A DNA stretch of 64,000 nucleotides from a virus. This document shows, piece after piece, positions 9,401-19,334 of this stretch (the first letter of the stretch is position 1; each line of letters starts with the position of its first letter). The notes beneath the pieces were generated by a model. The model worked only from the letters and a program-made list of their open reading frames with translations, was not told the origin of the DNA and did not search any database. Made by a program: the position numbers and the translations under genes. The stretch lies in the IMG/VR virus record IMGVR_UViG_3300045988_125651; one strand, written 5' to 3'.

Positions 9401-11392
9401 TTATTGCATCAAGTATCCTTGCGCTTGTTCTACTGCCTGTTGATTTGCCTCTGGCACTACTCCGTTCTGTGGCGCTTGCTGCCCCATTGCCTCTTGCTGC
9501 GCCCTTAGCTCTTCCATATTACTCTGCACGTCCTGCAGCAGCTTGTCTGCAAACGGCTCATTCAGGTTCTGTAGATACTGTATGATGTTGATGGCTCCCT
9601 TGTCAAACAACATGTCAAGCTTGTCGTTTACGTTGTTCTGATAGGTGGCTGTAGCAGCAGCGTTCTTGATAGAAATCTTGAACATTATGTCTCTTGCGCC
9701 CAGTCTGTCATACTCTATCGGGTATGTGCTATCGCTATTGAAGATGGGTCGGCCGTCCTCATAGTATTGCTTTATTGTCATGCACTTCTTCTGTGCAATA
9801 TTTTCAGTAAACGATTCCATGTCTTTCAGTATCGAGTAGAGCGAGGTCGAGGCATTCTGCGACTCTTGCGCATATCTCGAGGCCGATGTTCCCGCCGTTG
9901 GTGTCTTGCCTTGCAATGCGCCCGACACATTCGACACTTCGCGCATCAGGTTCAGCTCCATCTGCAACAGCTCGTTTGTTCCAAGATTCACGGCGTTCGA
10001 CGTGATAATGTCTGGCCTTGAGTTTGGCAGCGTTGCTTTTGGCGTGTAGAATATCATTCCGTCATACTCCGTCGCTTGCTCGGCAAACTCGTCTGGTGTC
10101 ATTCCGTCCAATACCTGTGTAGGGATAAGCCATACACCCTTGGCCGACGAGCGTATTGCCATGTCGTTCATTATTATCAAACGGTTTATGTATCTCTGCT
10201 GGTCTATCACGTTTGCCATGAACGGATGTATTTCTCCGTTGATGTACGGATAGAGCTTTATCGTGAATGGATGCGATTTAAAGTCGTATGGCGTCTCTCC
10301 GCTGCATAGCACGGTTCCGTCTGGTGCCATAAACGTGTAGTACCAATACTTGTCTGCCACTTTCTTTGCCGTGATATAGGCTCTGTCTTCTGGCGGTACT
10401 CCCATCAGGTCATACTGCTCCTTTCTCTTCACGTTCTTCGCGTTTAGCTCCGCTATCAACACTTTGTCGTCACATTCTATGCGGAAGTAGGCATCACTTT
10501 CGTTTTTCGCTATCGGGTCGTAGCATTGGTATCTGTATTTCGTTTCCGTCGTCCACGCTTCTATTACTCTCACGTATCGTCCGCGCTTCGACGGTATATC
10601 AAATGATATGTTCGACAGGTCGTTTGTGTCGTTGTGCATAGTTCCTTCCGTCTGACTGTCGTCTGGGTCTATGTCGAATATTCTGTTCAGGTCGTCTATG
10701 CTCAGTCCGTACTCTTCCTTTGCAAATTTCTTGTACAGGTCGTTTATAGACTCGTCATGCAGCACGCCTATCAGCGACAGGTCAAGATGTCTTGGGTCTG
10801 ATCCTCCCTCCCAAAATACATAGTTTGGCTCTATGTAGTCTGTCCACGAGTCTTCTATCTCCTGTGTTCTGTCTTCGTATGTCTCTCGGCACACCATTAC
10901 TCCTCCTACAAGGTAGTCTTCAAGCGCGTGCTTCAACAATATCTCCATCTGCGTGTTCTGCCAGTTGCATTGCATGGTTGCCGACATCATATCCGAGAGT
11001 GACTGTGAAGAGCGTGTTCTTGCAAAGCACACTGGCTCTGTACCTTGCTTTGCGTACATTCCCACAAGTGTGTTCAATATCGACACCATCACATTGTTCG
11101 ACAACGGCACTGAGCCTTTCCTTTTCAGGTATTCTCTTTCCGTCATGTCATAGTAGTATCCGTTCTTGTACACTCTCACTGTGTCGCCCCATTGGTCGCC
11201 GTAGCAGTATCTCTTGGCCCTGTCTCTAACCATACGCACAGCCTCCAGGTTGTTCCATGCCTGCCAACATCGCTGCAGCAGCTCATAGTCCGTCTTCTTG
11301 CCCGACTGTCTTTCCTTACGTCTCCGTACGGTGTCAAACGTCTTGCCCGAAGTCGGCATTACACGTGATAAGGTGGGTATATTTTTCTGCAT
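9401..11392 (-). CDS. portal protein
   Basis: 663 aa. N-terminal RYCYGDQWGD resembles the portal Y-x-G-x-QW signature. Acidic Q-rich C-terminus. First gene of an operon divergent from scaffold/capsid. Confidence 0.75.
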   Translation of the reverse strand: MQKNIPTLSRVMPTSGKTFDTVRRRKERQSGKKTDYELLQRCWQAWNNLEAVRMVRDRAKRYCYGDQWGDTVRVYKNGYYYDMTEREYLKRKGSVPLSNNVMVSILNTLVGMYAKQGTEPVCFARTRSSQSLSDMMSATMQCNWQNTQMEILLKHALEDYLVGGVMVCRETYEDRTQEIEDSWTDYIEPNYVFWEGGSDPRHLDLSLIGVLHDESINDLYKKFAKEEYGLSIDDLNRIFDIDPDDSQTEGTMHNDTNDLSNISFDIPSKRGRYVRVIEAWTTETKYRYQCYDPIAKNESDAYFRIECDDKVLIAELNAKNVKRKEQYDLMGVPPEDRAYITAKKVADKYWYYTFMAPDGTVLCSGETPYDFKSHPFTIKLYPYINGEIHPFMANVIDQQRYINRLIIMNDMAIRSSAKGVWLIPTQVLDGMTPDEFAEQATEYDGMIFYTPKATLPNSRPDIITSNAVNLGTNELLQMELNLMREVSNVSGALQGKTPTAGTSASRYAQESQNASTSLYSILKDMESFTENIAQKKCMTIKQYYEDGRPIFNSDSTYPIEYDRLGARDIMFKISIKNAAATATYQNNVNDKLDMLFDKGAINIIQYLQNLNEPFADKLLQDVQSNMEELRAQQEAMGQQAPQNGVVPEANQQAVEQAQGYLMQ

Positions 11393-11452
11393 ATTTCTAT
11401 CTTACGTCATTGTCTATCAGCGCAAAAATACTCTAAATGACAGCGCGAAATG

Positions 11453-11493
11453 CCGTGTTTCGTCTGTACAAAAGTTGCAAGTACGAAACACGG
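11453..11493. promoter_or_regulatory. inverted repeat in the portal/scaffold divergent control region
   Basis: CCGTGTTTCGT (11453-11463) and ACGAAACACGG (11483-11493) with a 19-nt spacer. The left arm lies in a 13-mer that recurs at 38167-38179. Confidence 0.4.
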
Positions 11494-11594
11494 AAAAACG
11501 GACGCAAAAAATCGGGATATTCGCAAGCGTAAACTAAAATATGTAGATACCCGGAAAAGGTAAAGGATAATACACCTTATTATATATAAAAAAT

Positions 11595-12356
11595 ATGGCA
11601 GAAGAAAATAATGAAATCAAGACCGAAGCTCAGTCGCAAGCAGCGGCTACAGCTCCACCCGTAGACGACCGACCCAACCGCAAGGCTTTCTCCGAGCGTT
11701 TCTCTAAACGTCATAAGGACATCGACTTTGAGGATAAGGAGGCTCGCTATGGTGCTATGAACGACGATGCCGACGCTCTCTCTCGCTACGAGGAGGATGG
11801 CAAGGCTCTCAGCGAAATGTTCGACAACAACCGTTGGCTCGCAGCTATGGCTATGGACCTTAAGAAGAATCCCGACCTTAACCCTATCGAGTGGATGGCT
11901 TCTCAGGGCATCGACATCGGTGCTGCTATGCAGGACGAGAAGATAGGCAAGGAGGTGGCTCAGCAGATTGCCGACTTTCAGCAGAAGAAGGCCGATGAGG
12001 AAAACCACGAAAAAGAACTTGTTGCCAACCTCCAAAAGTCGGCCGATGCTATGGACGAACTTGGTCTTGACGACGACGCTAAAGCCGACCTTTGGGAGAG
12101 TTTCTTCAAGGTTATCGGCGACGCTGAGGATGGTATAGTCTCCACCGAGACGTGGCAGCTCTTCAAAAACGCGCAAAACTACGACGCTGACGTGGCTTCG
12201 GCTCGCGAGGAGGGTGCTATGCAAGGACGTAACGAAAAGATTCAGAACAGGGTCAAGCGTTCCGAAAAGACCGAGATCCCGCCTTCTCTCAGTACTAACA
12301 GTGGTGTGTCGCCCACCAAAAAGAAGTCCAGTGGCTTCTGGGATGGTCTGGTTTAA
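11595..12356 (+). CDS. probable scaffolding protein
   Basis: 253 aa, highly acidic and helical, directly upstream of the capsid gene. Confidence 0.55.
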   Translation: MAEENNEIKTEAQSQAAATAPPVDDRPNRKAFSERFSKRHKDIDFEDKEARYGAMNDDADALSRYEEDGKALSEMFDNNRWLAAMAMDLKKNPDLNPIEWMASQGIDIGAAMQDEKIGKEVAQQIADFQQKKADEENHEKELVANLQKSADAMDELGLDDDAKADLWESFFKVIGDAEDGIVSTETWQLFKNAQNYDADVASAREEGAMQGRNEKIQNRVKRSEKTEIPPSLSTNSGVSPTKKKSSGFWDGLV

Positions 12357-12403
12357 AAGTAAAACACATTTTATTATTTATTAATTTCTAAAATATCAAT
12401 TAA

Positions 12404-14089
12404 ATGAAACACTATCGGTTTATTAATTTTATTAAAAGCGGACATTTCCTTACTTGGCTCTTACTCATGCTTCTCTCCGTTGTAACTGGCGGCTCGTCGC
12501 TCATGGCTGTTGCCGACAACGTTGCGCCCCAGATTGGCGATGAGGGCAACACTCCCGCAACCGCTGCAGAGGTTGCTGAACACGAACACGTTGAGGCTGG
12601 CAAGAGCGACCTCAATAGTCCCGGTGGCAAAAAGGATGGTCAGGATTTGACGGGAACTCAGGCTTCATCCACCCAGCTCAAAGAGGGTGGCATGATTGAT
12701 GAGGAGTGGGACAGAAACATCGTAAAGTTCTATCCATACAAGACTCCGCTTCTCAGTATCGCCCGACAGGTTGCCTCTAAGGTTCCTATCAAGAACTGGA
12801 CTGCCAAACACATGCGCATCGGTGGCGAGACTCTCGACGGTAAGACTACTGCCGAAATCACTGGTGGCGACACCATCGAGCTTAACTCTACCAACTTCTC
12901 TGGTTCTCTCCGTCCGTTCTACAAGTGTTCTACTGTCTTTGTTCCCGATGTTGAGGGTTACAAGGAGGGTTCTAACACCGAGCACGAGGGTATTCTTCAG
13001 CTCTATGTTATCGAGTCTAACGGCAAGAAGGTCGTTCTCCAGGCTACCAACGGCAAGGCTAAAAACAATGGTACTCCAGCCGACGACCTTGACAGTATGA
13101 CCTGCCCGGACATTCCTTCTGGCTCTGTCTTACTTGTTGGCGCAACTGCCGCAAGCGAGTCTCAGCTTATGGTTCCTCCTGAGAACATGCAGCCTCGCGA
13201 GAAGGAGGTTTGTGTTCAGAAGAAGCTTCTCAACATTCTATTTACTACCGACTTCGAGAAGGTACAGACCAAGGTACCTATCTCCGTCAACGACCTCAAG
13301 GCTGACGCTATCATGAAGTACAACCTCCGCGCCGAGCGTTCTTATTGGTTTGGCTCTAAGCGACGCATTAAGACGCTCACTGAGGATGGTGCTGTTGAGG
13401 ATGTTTACTTTGCCGAGGGTATCTTGCCTCAGATTACCAATAAGTATGCTATTGGCGACGTTCAGGAGTGGGCCGACTGGATTGCTCTCTCAAAGCTCCA
13501 GTTTACAGAATTTGCAGAAAATAACCATGCTTACGTCTTCGCTGGTAAGAACTTCATCGAGCGCATGGAGAAGATGAAGATTGACAAGGATGGCAAGAAC
13601 GACATCATCAATCACGACGAGTTCGACCTTTCCTTCAAGCGTATCAAGGACACCTTCGGTAAATTTGATGTTGTTTGGGATCAGACTCTCGACCTTATGC
13701 ACATGGCGGACTTTGCCGTTATCGTCGACCTTAAGGCGAGTCGTCGCTACGTTCGTGTTGCCAACAAGGAGCGCACCAACGACATGTCTAAGGGTGCAGG
13801 TGCTATCCGCGACGCTAAGCGTTGGATTCACGAGGAGGCCGATTGTATCGCTCTCCGTGGCTACAACTCTATACTTGTTGGTCCTGAGGAAAAGATTTCT
13901 AAGCTTGGCGGGTCCACTCTTACCACTATCATCTCTGCTCCCAAACTCCCCGCAACTCCGTCAGCCGGCATGAAGGTTGCCCTTACCGAGGACTACGTCT
14001 CTGGCGATGTTCAGTACGACAAGGGTACCGTCTACTACTACAACGGCACCAAGTGGGAACTCTACAAGGGTCAGGACGTAGCAGCCTAA
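12404..14089 (+). CDS. probable major capsid protein
   Basis: 561-aa ORF after the scaffold, followed by a strong hairpin. The first 33 codons are AT-rich and hydrophobic, so an alternative start at 12503 (MAVADN) is possible. Confidence 0.6.
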   Translation: MKHYRFINFIKSGHFLTWLLLMLLSVVTGGSSLMAVADNVAPQIGDEGNTPATAAEVAEHEHVEAGKSDLNSPGGKKDGQDLTGTQASSTQLKEGGMIDEEWDRNIVKFYPYKTPLLSIARQVASKVPIKNWTAKHMRIGGETLDGKTTAEITGGDTIELNSTNFSGSLRPFYKCSTVFVPDVEGYKEGSNTEHEGILQLYVIESNGKKVVLQATNGKAKNNGTPADDLDSMTCPDIPSGSVLLVGATAASESQLMVPPENMQPREKEVCVQKKLLNILFTTDFEKVQTKVPISVNDLKADAIMKYNLRAERSYWFGSKRRIKTLTEDGAVEDVYFAEGILPQITNKYAIGDVQEWADWIALSKLQFTEFAENNHAYVFAGKNFIERMEKMKIDKDGKNDIINHDEFDLSFKRIKDTFGKFDVVWDQTLDLMHMADFAVIVDLKASRRYVRVANKERTNDMSKGAGAIRDAKRWIHEEADCIALRGYNSILVGPEEKISKLGGSTLTTIISAPKLPATPSAGMKVALTEDYVSGDVQYDKGTVYYYNGTKWELYKGQDVAA

Positions 14090-14107
14090 AGATTATTTTA
14101 TTTCCGT

Positions 14108-14157
14108 AAAGCCCTCGCTGAGCAACGGCTTTGCTCGCTAATGTCTCAGCGAGGCTT
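14108..14157 (+). terminator. post-capsid hairpin (terminator/attenuator)
   Basis: AAAGCCCTCGCTGAG (14108-14122) pairs with CTCAGCGAGGCTT (14145-14157) with one bulge, followed by TTATCTTT. Confidence 0.45.
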
Positions 14158-14179
14158 ATCTTTAAAATACCAAAACGCA

Positions 14180-14599
14180 ATGATTAAGATATATAGATTA
14201 AAAGAGGCACTAAACAATAGCCATCATACTCTCGTTGGTGCAGGTGGCAACAAGGTTCACTACGAGTTCACAGGTGGTAATATCATTACAGGCACTTGTC
14301 CCGAATTATCTCTTAAGGGCAAGTATTATCAAGACCTTCTTGAGAGCAGTAAGCTTTTCAAGTCTGGTACTGTGGTGTTGATCCGCGAAATCAAAACCTC
14401 CGACGACAAAGACCCCGTTCCTACTACTAAGCCGACCCCCGAGAAGAACCTGGATAGTGTCGATTCTGTCACCACCCCCGACGAGCTTCTTGTCTACGTC
14501 AACACCAACTACTCCAAGAATTTCACCAGTCCTGCCAAGGCTCTCGCTTTTGCAGCTAAGGAACGCATCGTCTTCCCCAAACTGTCCCTTGGCGAGTAG
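14180..14599 (+). CDS. hypothetical head-associated protein
   Basis: I moved the start to the ATG at 14180 (MIKIYRL), because the track start at 14141 lies inside the hairpin. Confidence 0.6.
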   Translation: MIKIYRLKEALNNSHHTLVGAGGNKVHYEFTGGNIITGTCPELSLKGKYYQDLLESSKLFKSGTVVLIREIKTSDDKDPVPTTKPTPEKNLDSVDSVTTPDELLVYVNTNYSKNFTSPAKALAFAAKERIVFPKLSLGE

Positions 14600-14617
14600 T
14601 TTCTTAAAGCATTAGTT

Positions 14618-15286
14618 ATGACTATCTCCGAAATCATCAACAAAGTAAAATGGTGTATCGACCACGAGACTCATGAGGATGCCAAGCTTGCCGACAACGG
14701 TGAGGACTCCTACATGGATAATATCATACGTGCCAAAATCAACGACGCACGCCGATGGCTCGCCGTAGCCACCTCCCAATCCACCACCCTCTCCTCATCT
14801 CCAAGCTCCTCATCCTCCACCAGTGTTACAACACTCACTATCACCCCCTATGATGGCTTTACCGACATCGCCACCATCACCATCCCCTTGTCTCTTTCCA
14901 CCGTCACCTTAACTCGCGTACGTCTCTCGTCATGGCACAAGGCTGCCATACCTATTCTCGACACCTCCGACGACGCCATGCTTATGTTCGACGACACTGC
15001 AAAGGGTACTGTCAACCGACCTCTCGCCACTGTCATGCAAGGCTCTCCCACGAGAATCCTTGTTCAGCCTTACACCTCTGCCGACACTGCCGAGATTGTC
15101 TATATCGGTATAGCTTCCGACATCGACACTTCTTCTGATGATACCACCGTAGATATTCCAACCATCCACGAGTCTGCCTTCATCTACTACATTGCCTACC
15201 TCTTGCTTACCGCCTACCAAGACCCACGTGCGCAAGCAATGTTCGCTATCGCAGTCCAGCTGACAGGCTCCAAACAGTCCGTATAG
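14618..15286 (+). CDS. hypothetical connector/head-completion protein
   Basis: 222 aa with a Ser/Thr-rich tract. Structural operon. Confidence 0.65.
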   Translation: MTISEIINKVKWCIDHETHEDAKLADNGEDSYMDNIIRAKINDARRWLAVATSQSTTLSSSPSSSSSTSVTTLTITPYDGFTDIATITIPLSLSTVTLTRVRLSSWHKAAIPILDTSDDAMLMFDDTAKGTVNRPLATVMQGSPTRILVQPYTSADTAEIVYIGIASDIDTSSDDTTVDIPTIHESAFIYYIAYLLLTAYQDPRAQAMFAIAVQLTGSKQSV

Positions 15287-15288
15287 TT

Positions 15289-15567
15289 ATGTACACTCTC
15301 ACTGCATCATACTCTCCCGAAGAGCTTGCCTGGATCACTCCCGAAGTTCAGTTTAAGCGTGACATCTACCTCATCGTCACCCTCAAACGCCCTGGCAAAC
15401 TCATCATCCGGCAACGTGTTTCCGATGGTTCCAATCCGCGCGTGCCTATCCGACGTCACAAAGATATGACCTCCTTCAAGCTCCGCCTTACCATCCTCCC
15501 CGAAACCGTCGGTCTACAAATTTTCACATCTACCGAACCAAACGAAATTAAATATGCCTACATTTAG
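15289..15567 (+). CDS. hypothetical structural protein
   Basis: 92-aa ORF, 2 nt after the previous stop. Confidence 0.6.
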   Translation: MYTLTASYSPEELAWITPEVQFKRDIYLIVTLKRPGKLIIRQRVSDGSNPRVPIRRHKDMTSFKLRLTILPETVGLQIFTSTEPNEIKYAYI

Positions 15568-15799
15568 AGAAGACCCTAAAATCGGTTCTAAGGTCCCATT
15601 AATCAAAACTGCCGACCTTAACGACAAGTCGGTCACTGAGAAGAAGCTCGCCGACGGAAGTATAACTAAGGATAAGATTGCCACTGGTGCAATAACAAAA
15701 GACAAACTCTCAGATGATATTCTGAATGGTATTGCGATTGAGAGAATAACAGAAAAAGAAATCGAAGAAATAGTAGGAGAGAAAGGAGACATAAAATGA
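15554..15799 (+). CDS. fibre-associated protein with ADGSITKDKIATGAITKDKL repeats
   Basis: 81 aa. The tandem x-G-(A/S)-IT-KDK-(I/L) heptad-like repeat is typical of phage fibre N-termini. ATGA overlap with the next gene. Confidence 0.55.
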   Translation: MPTFREDPKIGSKVPLIKTADLNDKSVTEKKLADGSITKDKIATGAITKDKLSDDILNGIAIERITEKEIEEIVGEKGDIK

Positions 15800-16605
15800 A
15801 TAAGTTTGTAGATGATAAAGGACTTAAAAGATATACTGACAATATGAAACTTCTTCTTAAGAAGAAAGTTTCTAAGAAAAGACCTTATGGTCAGATAGTT
15901 ATTAGTAAGTCAATAGATCCAACATCGTATAATTGGGGAACAATATATGCTTTTCGTGGACATCCGTGTATAACAATATGGAGTGATAATGAAGTTGAGA
16001 CATTTAATATAATTATTCGTGATACTACGGATAAAGATGTAAGTAATACATATCAATCATCAGGAACAGTACTTACTAACACAAAAGCTAAATATGTTCA
16101 TTTTATACACTTAATAGGATATCCAAATATTTCATGTGGTTTTAAAATGTTTACTCCATATACAAAGGGAGATACTACTATACATTTACAAGAAATTAAG
16201 ATTCCAGCGGATAACCTTACTGGTACTTCAAAAAACTACAGTTGGGTTAATGGAAAACGTGTGACAAGTAAAAAAGGAACTTTTAAAATAGCTTGTGAAA
16301 TTTTGAGATATAGATTTGGCGAGCTTCACCGGAATATTACTGATCTTAAAGTAAAGTCTTATATAACAAATGGAGTTATTGGAGTACCATATTGGAAGCA
16401 TGGTGTATTTCGAGGTAAACCTTATAGAGATAAATTTCCTAATAAAAAGAAAAAATATACAAGATTTACGAGAAAAACTTCTGGATTAGGTGGTGGTCTA
16501 TGGCTTGTACGTTTCTATGATAGAAAAAGTAAGACATATATGAATGATGTAAAAGTATATGTAAGGAAAACTAAAGAAGGAAAGCTTATTTTCAAAAGGA
16601 CATAA
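15796..16605 (+). CDS. fibre/receptor-binding candidate 1 (very basic, in an AT-rich island)
   Basis: 269 aa. N-terminus MNKFVDDKGLKRY is shared with the next two genes. Local GC is visibly lower than in the flanks. Confidence 0.6.
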   Translation: MNKFVDDKGLKRYTDNMKLLLKKKVSKKRPYGQIVISKSIDPTSYNWGTIYAFRGHPCITIWSDNEVETFNIIIRDTTDKDVSNTYQSSGTVLTNTKAKYVHFIHLIGYPNISCGFKMFTPYTKGDTTIHLQEIKIPADNLTGTSKNYSWVNGKRVTSKKGTFKIACEILRYRFGELHRNITDLKVKSYITNGVIGVPYWKHGVFRGKPYRDKFPNKKKKYTRFTRKTSGLGGGLWLVRFYDRKSKTYMNDVKVYVRKTKEGKLIFKRT

Positions 16606-16789
16606 AAAATGGGTAGCGTTAGGCAAAGAGGATACTACACCACAAGGCATGTACTTCATCAACCGTCTAACTTACCACCCATTGCAAAGATACTATATAA
16701 TATTCAGTTTTGCAAGAGTTTGAGTAACAAAATAAAGATAAAATATAAAGTTTAATAAACATTAGTAATAAATTAACAAACAAACAATT

Positions 16790-17287
16790 ATGACAAAATT
16801 TGTAGACAGTTTAGGACTAAAAAGATTAGTCACAAAGATTAAGGAAGCAGTTAGTAAGGGAACCTGGTTGCCTGTGAAAAAAGGAGCTAACTTCTATTCT
16901 ATTGAGGAGGGTTATGGTACTACAGCAAATGGATATGCATCTCTTGCAGAGGGTTACTGGACTAAGGCACGTGGTAAAGCTTCACATGCCCAAGGTTCTT
17001 ATAATTATGAGGATTTATCATTTATTGATACGGTTGGTGTAGGTAACAATGATTCTCATAAAAAAAATGCTTCTGTTATATATGTAGGAAGAGATAACAA
17101 TGAGGATATTAACCTAAGTGATCCTAAAAATGGCTACCAATATCTTCTTGGTGTAGGCGGATATCAAGGTAAAAATATTGCAGAAGGTATGAAGAGTGTG
17201 CAAGAAGTGATAGCAGACCTTGAAAAAGGAGTAGCAGCATCAGAGACTATGACTGTTGAGGAGATTAGGGAAATAATGAGTGCATAG
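16790..17287 (+). CDS. fibre/receptor-binding candidate 2
   Basis: 165 aa. N-terminus MTKFVDSLGLKRL. Confidence 0.6.
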   Translation: MTKFVDSLGLKRLVTKIKEAVSKGTWLPVKKGANFYSIEEGYGTTANGYASLAEGYWTKARGKASHAQGSYNYEDLSFIDTVGVGNNDSHKKNASVIYVGRDNNEDINLSDPKNGYQYLLGVGGYQGKNIAEGMKSVQEVIADLEKGVAASETMTVEEIREIMSA

Positions 17288-17336
17288 AAATAAATGAAAA
17301 GATAAATAGTAACATAAAATTTTTAAACAAATCGTT

Positions 17337-18209
17337 ATGACAAAGTATTTAGACAAGGTAGGCCTTACAGAGTATACTAAGCTTATGAAGGCTCATGTAG
17401 CAAAGAGTACATTGAAACTTGGTGAATCATCTGGTACGGCTTATGACGGAGCAAAGGGTAAGGCAAATGCCGACTTCATCAATGGAGTGAAAAACGGTAA
17501 CCTCGCTCTTGTGTCACCAGAAATCAGAGGCAGATGGAGTGTGTTCAACGCAGCTGGTACAGTAGTGGAATCAATGGGTTCATCATCAACCTCTCTGTCA
17601 CTTGAAAACGGTTATCAAGCATCATGGACAGGCTCATTCTTATATCCAGCAGCAAAGGAAGGCCAGAAAGTTCCAACAAGTGTATCTGGTAATTGGACTG
17701 CACTTCCAGCAGCAAATACATCATCTGCAACATACACAACCCCTAAGAAGGTAAAAACTGACACCACCATCTCTGCAACCATCGCAGCTGCCAAAACTGG
17801 TCTTATGGTTGTTGGTTCAGATGTAAAGCCTGCAAGTGGCAATGACACAAAGACAGCATCTGCAAGTGTACATTTCTATCATCGCCGTTATTTTGGTTTG
17901 GCTTCAGTATCAAATATAACAGCAGATGTTATAAAGGGTTTGAGTAAGACAGACCTTAATAATTCACGCACAGCAAAGCTTGAAGGTATTTCGGCAACAG
18001 ATGCTCAGTACTATGTAATAGCTTATCCAAAGATAATGGGTGAGTTGACCAAGATAGTACAGAATGGAGCCACACCATTGCTGAATGGAGGTTTTGAAAA
18101 GAGTGAGGTAACAGTGACAAATGCAGCTGGTGCTTCAATAGTTTACTTGGTATACCGTACAGTAAACCCAGGAGCATTGAAGGATAACTCATTCCTGGAT
18201 ATAGCATAA
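17337..18209 (+). CDS. fibre/receptor-binding candidate 3
   Basis: 290 aa. N-terminus MTKYLDKVGLTEY. Confidence 0.65.
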   Translation: MTKYLDKVGLTEYTKLMKAHVAKSTLKLGESSGTAYDGAKGKANADFINGVKNGNLALVSPEIRGRWSVFNAAGTVVESMGSSSTSLSLENGYQASWTGSFLYPAAKEGQKVPTSVSGNWTALPAANTSSATYTTPKKVKTDTTISATIAAAKTGLMVVGSDVKPASGNDTKTASASVHFYHRRYFGLASVSNITADVIKGLSKTDLNNSRTAKLEGISATDAQYYVIAYPKIMGELTKIVQNGATPLLNGGFEKSEVTVTNAAGASIVYLVYRTVNPGALKDNSFLDIA

Positions 18210-18242
18210 ATAATTGTTTAACATTAAAAACATAAAAAAGAT

Positions 18243-19268
18243 ATGGCATTAAAACAAGCAAATACGCTGGCTCCAAGTAATGTGTCAGCAACAGGTTTTG
18301 CCTTGGCAGACGCAAGACATATTGGAGGTCATAAAGTTGTAGCAAGTCTAACGGCTTTGTATGCATTGCAGGATTGGCAGCTGCTTAATCCTGGAGAAAC
18401 AGACACAGCATTGGCATTAGGTCAGCAGTGGTATGTTAAGGGAATTGGTTTTTATAGACTGACCAACTGGGCTAATCGTAAAACATCAAGTGGTTGGATA
18501 AAGGAAGTAGATCCAAATAACATTGACACTACTCTGTTTCAGATTGTTTCTGCTCTTCCTACAAGTGGTATTAATAAGAATCGTATATATCTTGTAGCTT
18601 CGGCAAACAGAGACCCTAATGGTAAAAATATATATGCCGAGTATATCTATACTGGTGATACCTCAGCCACCTATGACGCAACCAAGTGGGAGAAAATTGG
18701 TGAATATACACCAACAGTGGACCTATCTCCTTACATGAAGTTGGAGCAGAAGGGTGTGGCTAATGGTGTAGCTACATTGGATGCAAATGGCAAGGTTACT
18801 GATGGACAGTTGTGGGATGCAACAAGCGAGAATCATGGCTTGATGTCAGAAGAAGATAAGAAAATTCTTGATACAATCAATGATGAACTATATGCGGGTA
18901 AATACTCTGATGTATGTAAGTTTGATGATATATTTACACCTATTATAGATGTGGAGATACTTCAGAATTCACTTGCTGAGTCTGTTGTAAACTATGATAT
19001 TGTCTATCTTACAACTAAAAATATGTTTGTAGCAAGACATGAGGGTAAATATTATAATAACTGGGCGCATAGAGCAGAAACCTTTGGTGACTCAAATACT
19101 CCAGTAGAAGGTAAATTGTATTTAAAGAAAGCAGGACAGATATCAGTGGCTGATTCGATTGCATCACCTACTTTATATACGGGTGATAGTAAAGGTCTCT
19201 ATCCTCTTGCTAATCAGAACGATATTCAAGTAATGTCTAATGAGGAGATTGATGCTTTGTTTGCATAA
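18243..19268 (+). CDS. tail fibre protein
   Basis: 341 aa. GVATLDANGKV motif common in phage tail fibres. Last gene before the bidirectional terminator. Confidence 0.65.
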   Translation: MALKQANTLAPSNVSATGFALADARHIGGHKVVASLTALYALQDWQLLNPGETDTALALGQQWYVKGIGFYRLTNWANRKTSSGWIKEVDPNNIDTTLFQIVSALPTSGINKNRIYLVASANRDPNGKNIYAEYIYTGDTSATYDATKWEKIGEYTPTVDLSPYMKLEQKGVANGVATLDANGKVTDGQLWDATSENHGLMSEEDKKILDTINDELYAGKYSDVCKFDDIFTPIIDVEILQNSLAESVVNYDIVYLTTKNMFVARHEGKYYNNWAHRAETFGDSNTPVEGKLYLKKAGQISVADSIASPTLYTGDSKGLYPLANQNDIQVMSNEEIDALFA

Positions 19269-19291
19269 ACATAAGCTATAACAAGTAAACA

Positions 19292-19330
19292 AAAGTGGTG
19301 GACCCTTTAGAAGGTTCACCACTTTTTCTT
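19292..19330. terminator. bidirectional terminator between convergent operons
   Basis: AAAGTGGTGGACC ... GGTTCACCACTTTTTC, with an A-run on one side and a T-run on the other. Confidence 0.6.
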
Positions 19331-19334
19331 TTCT

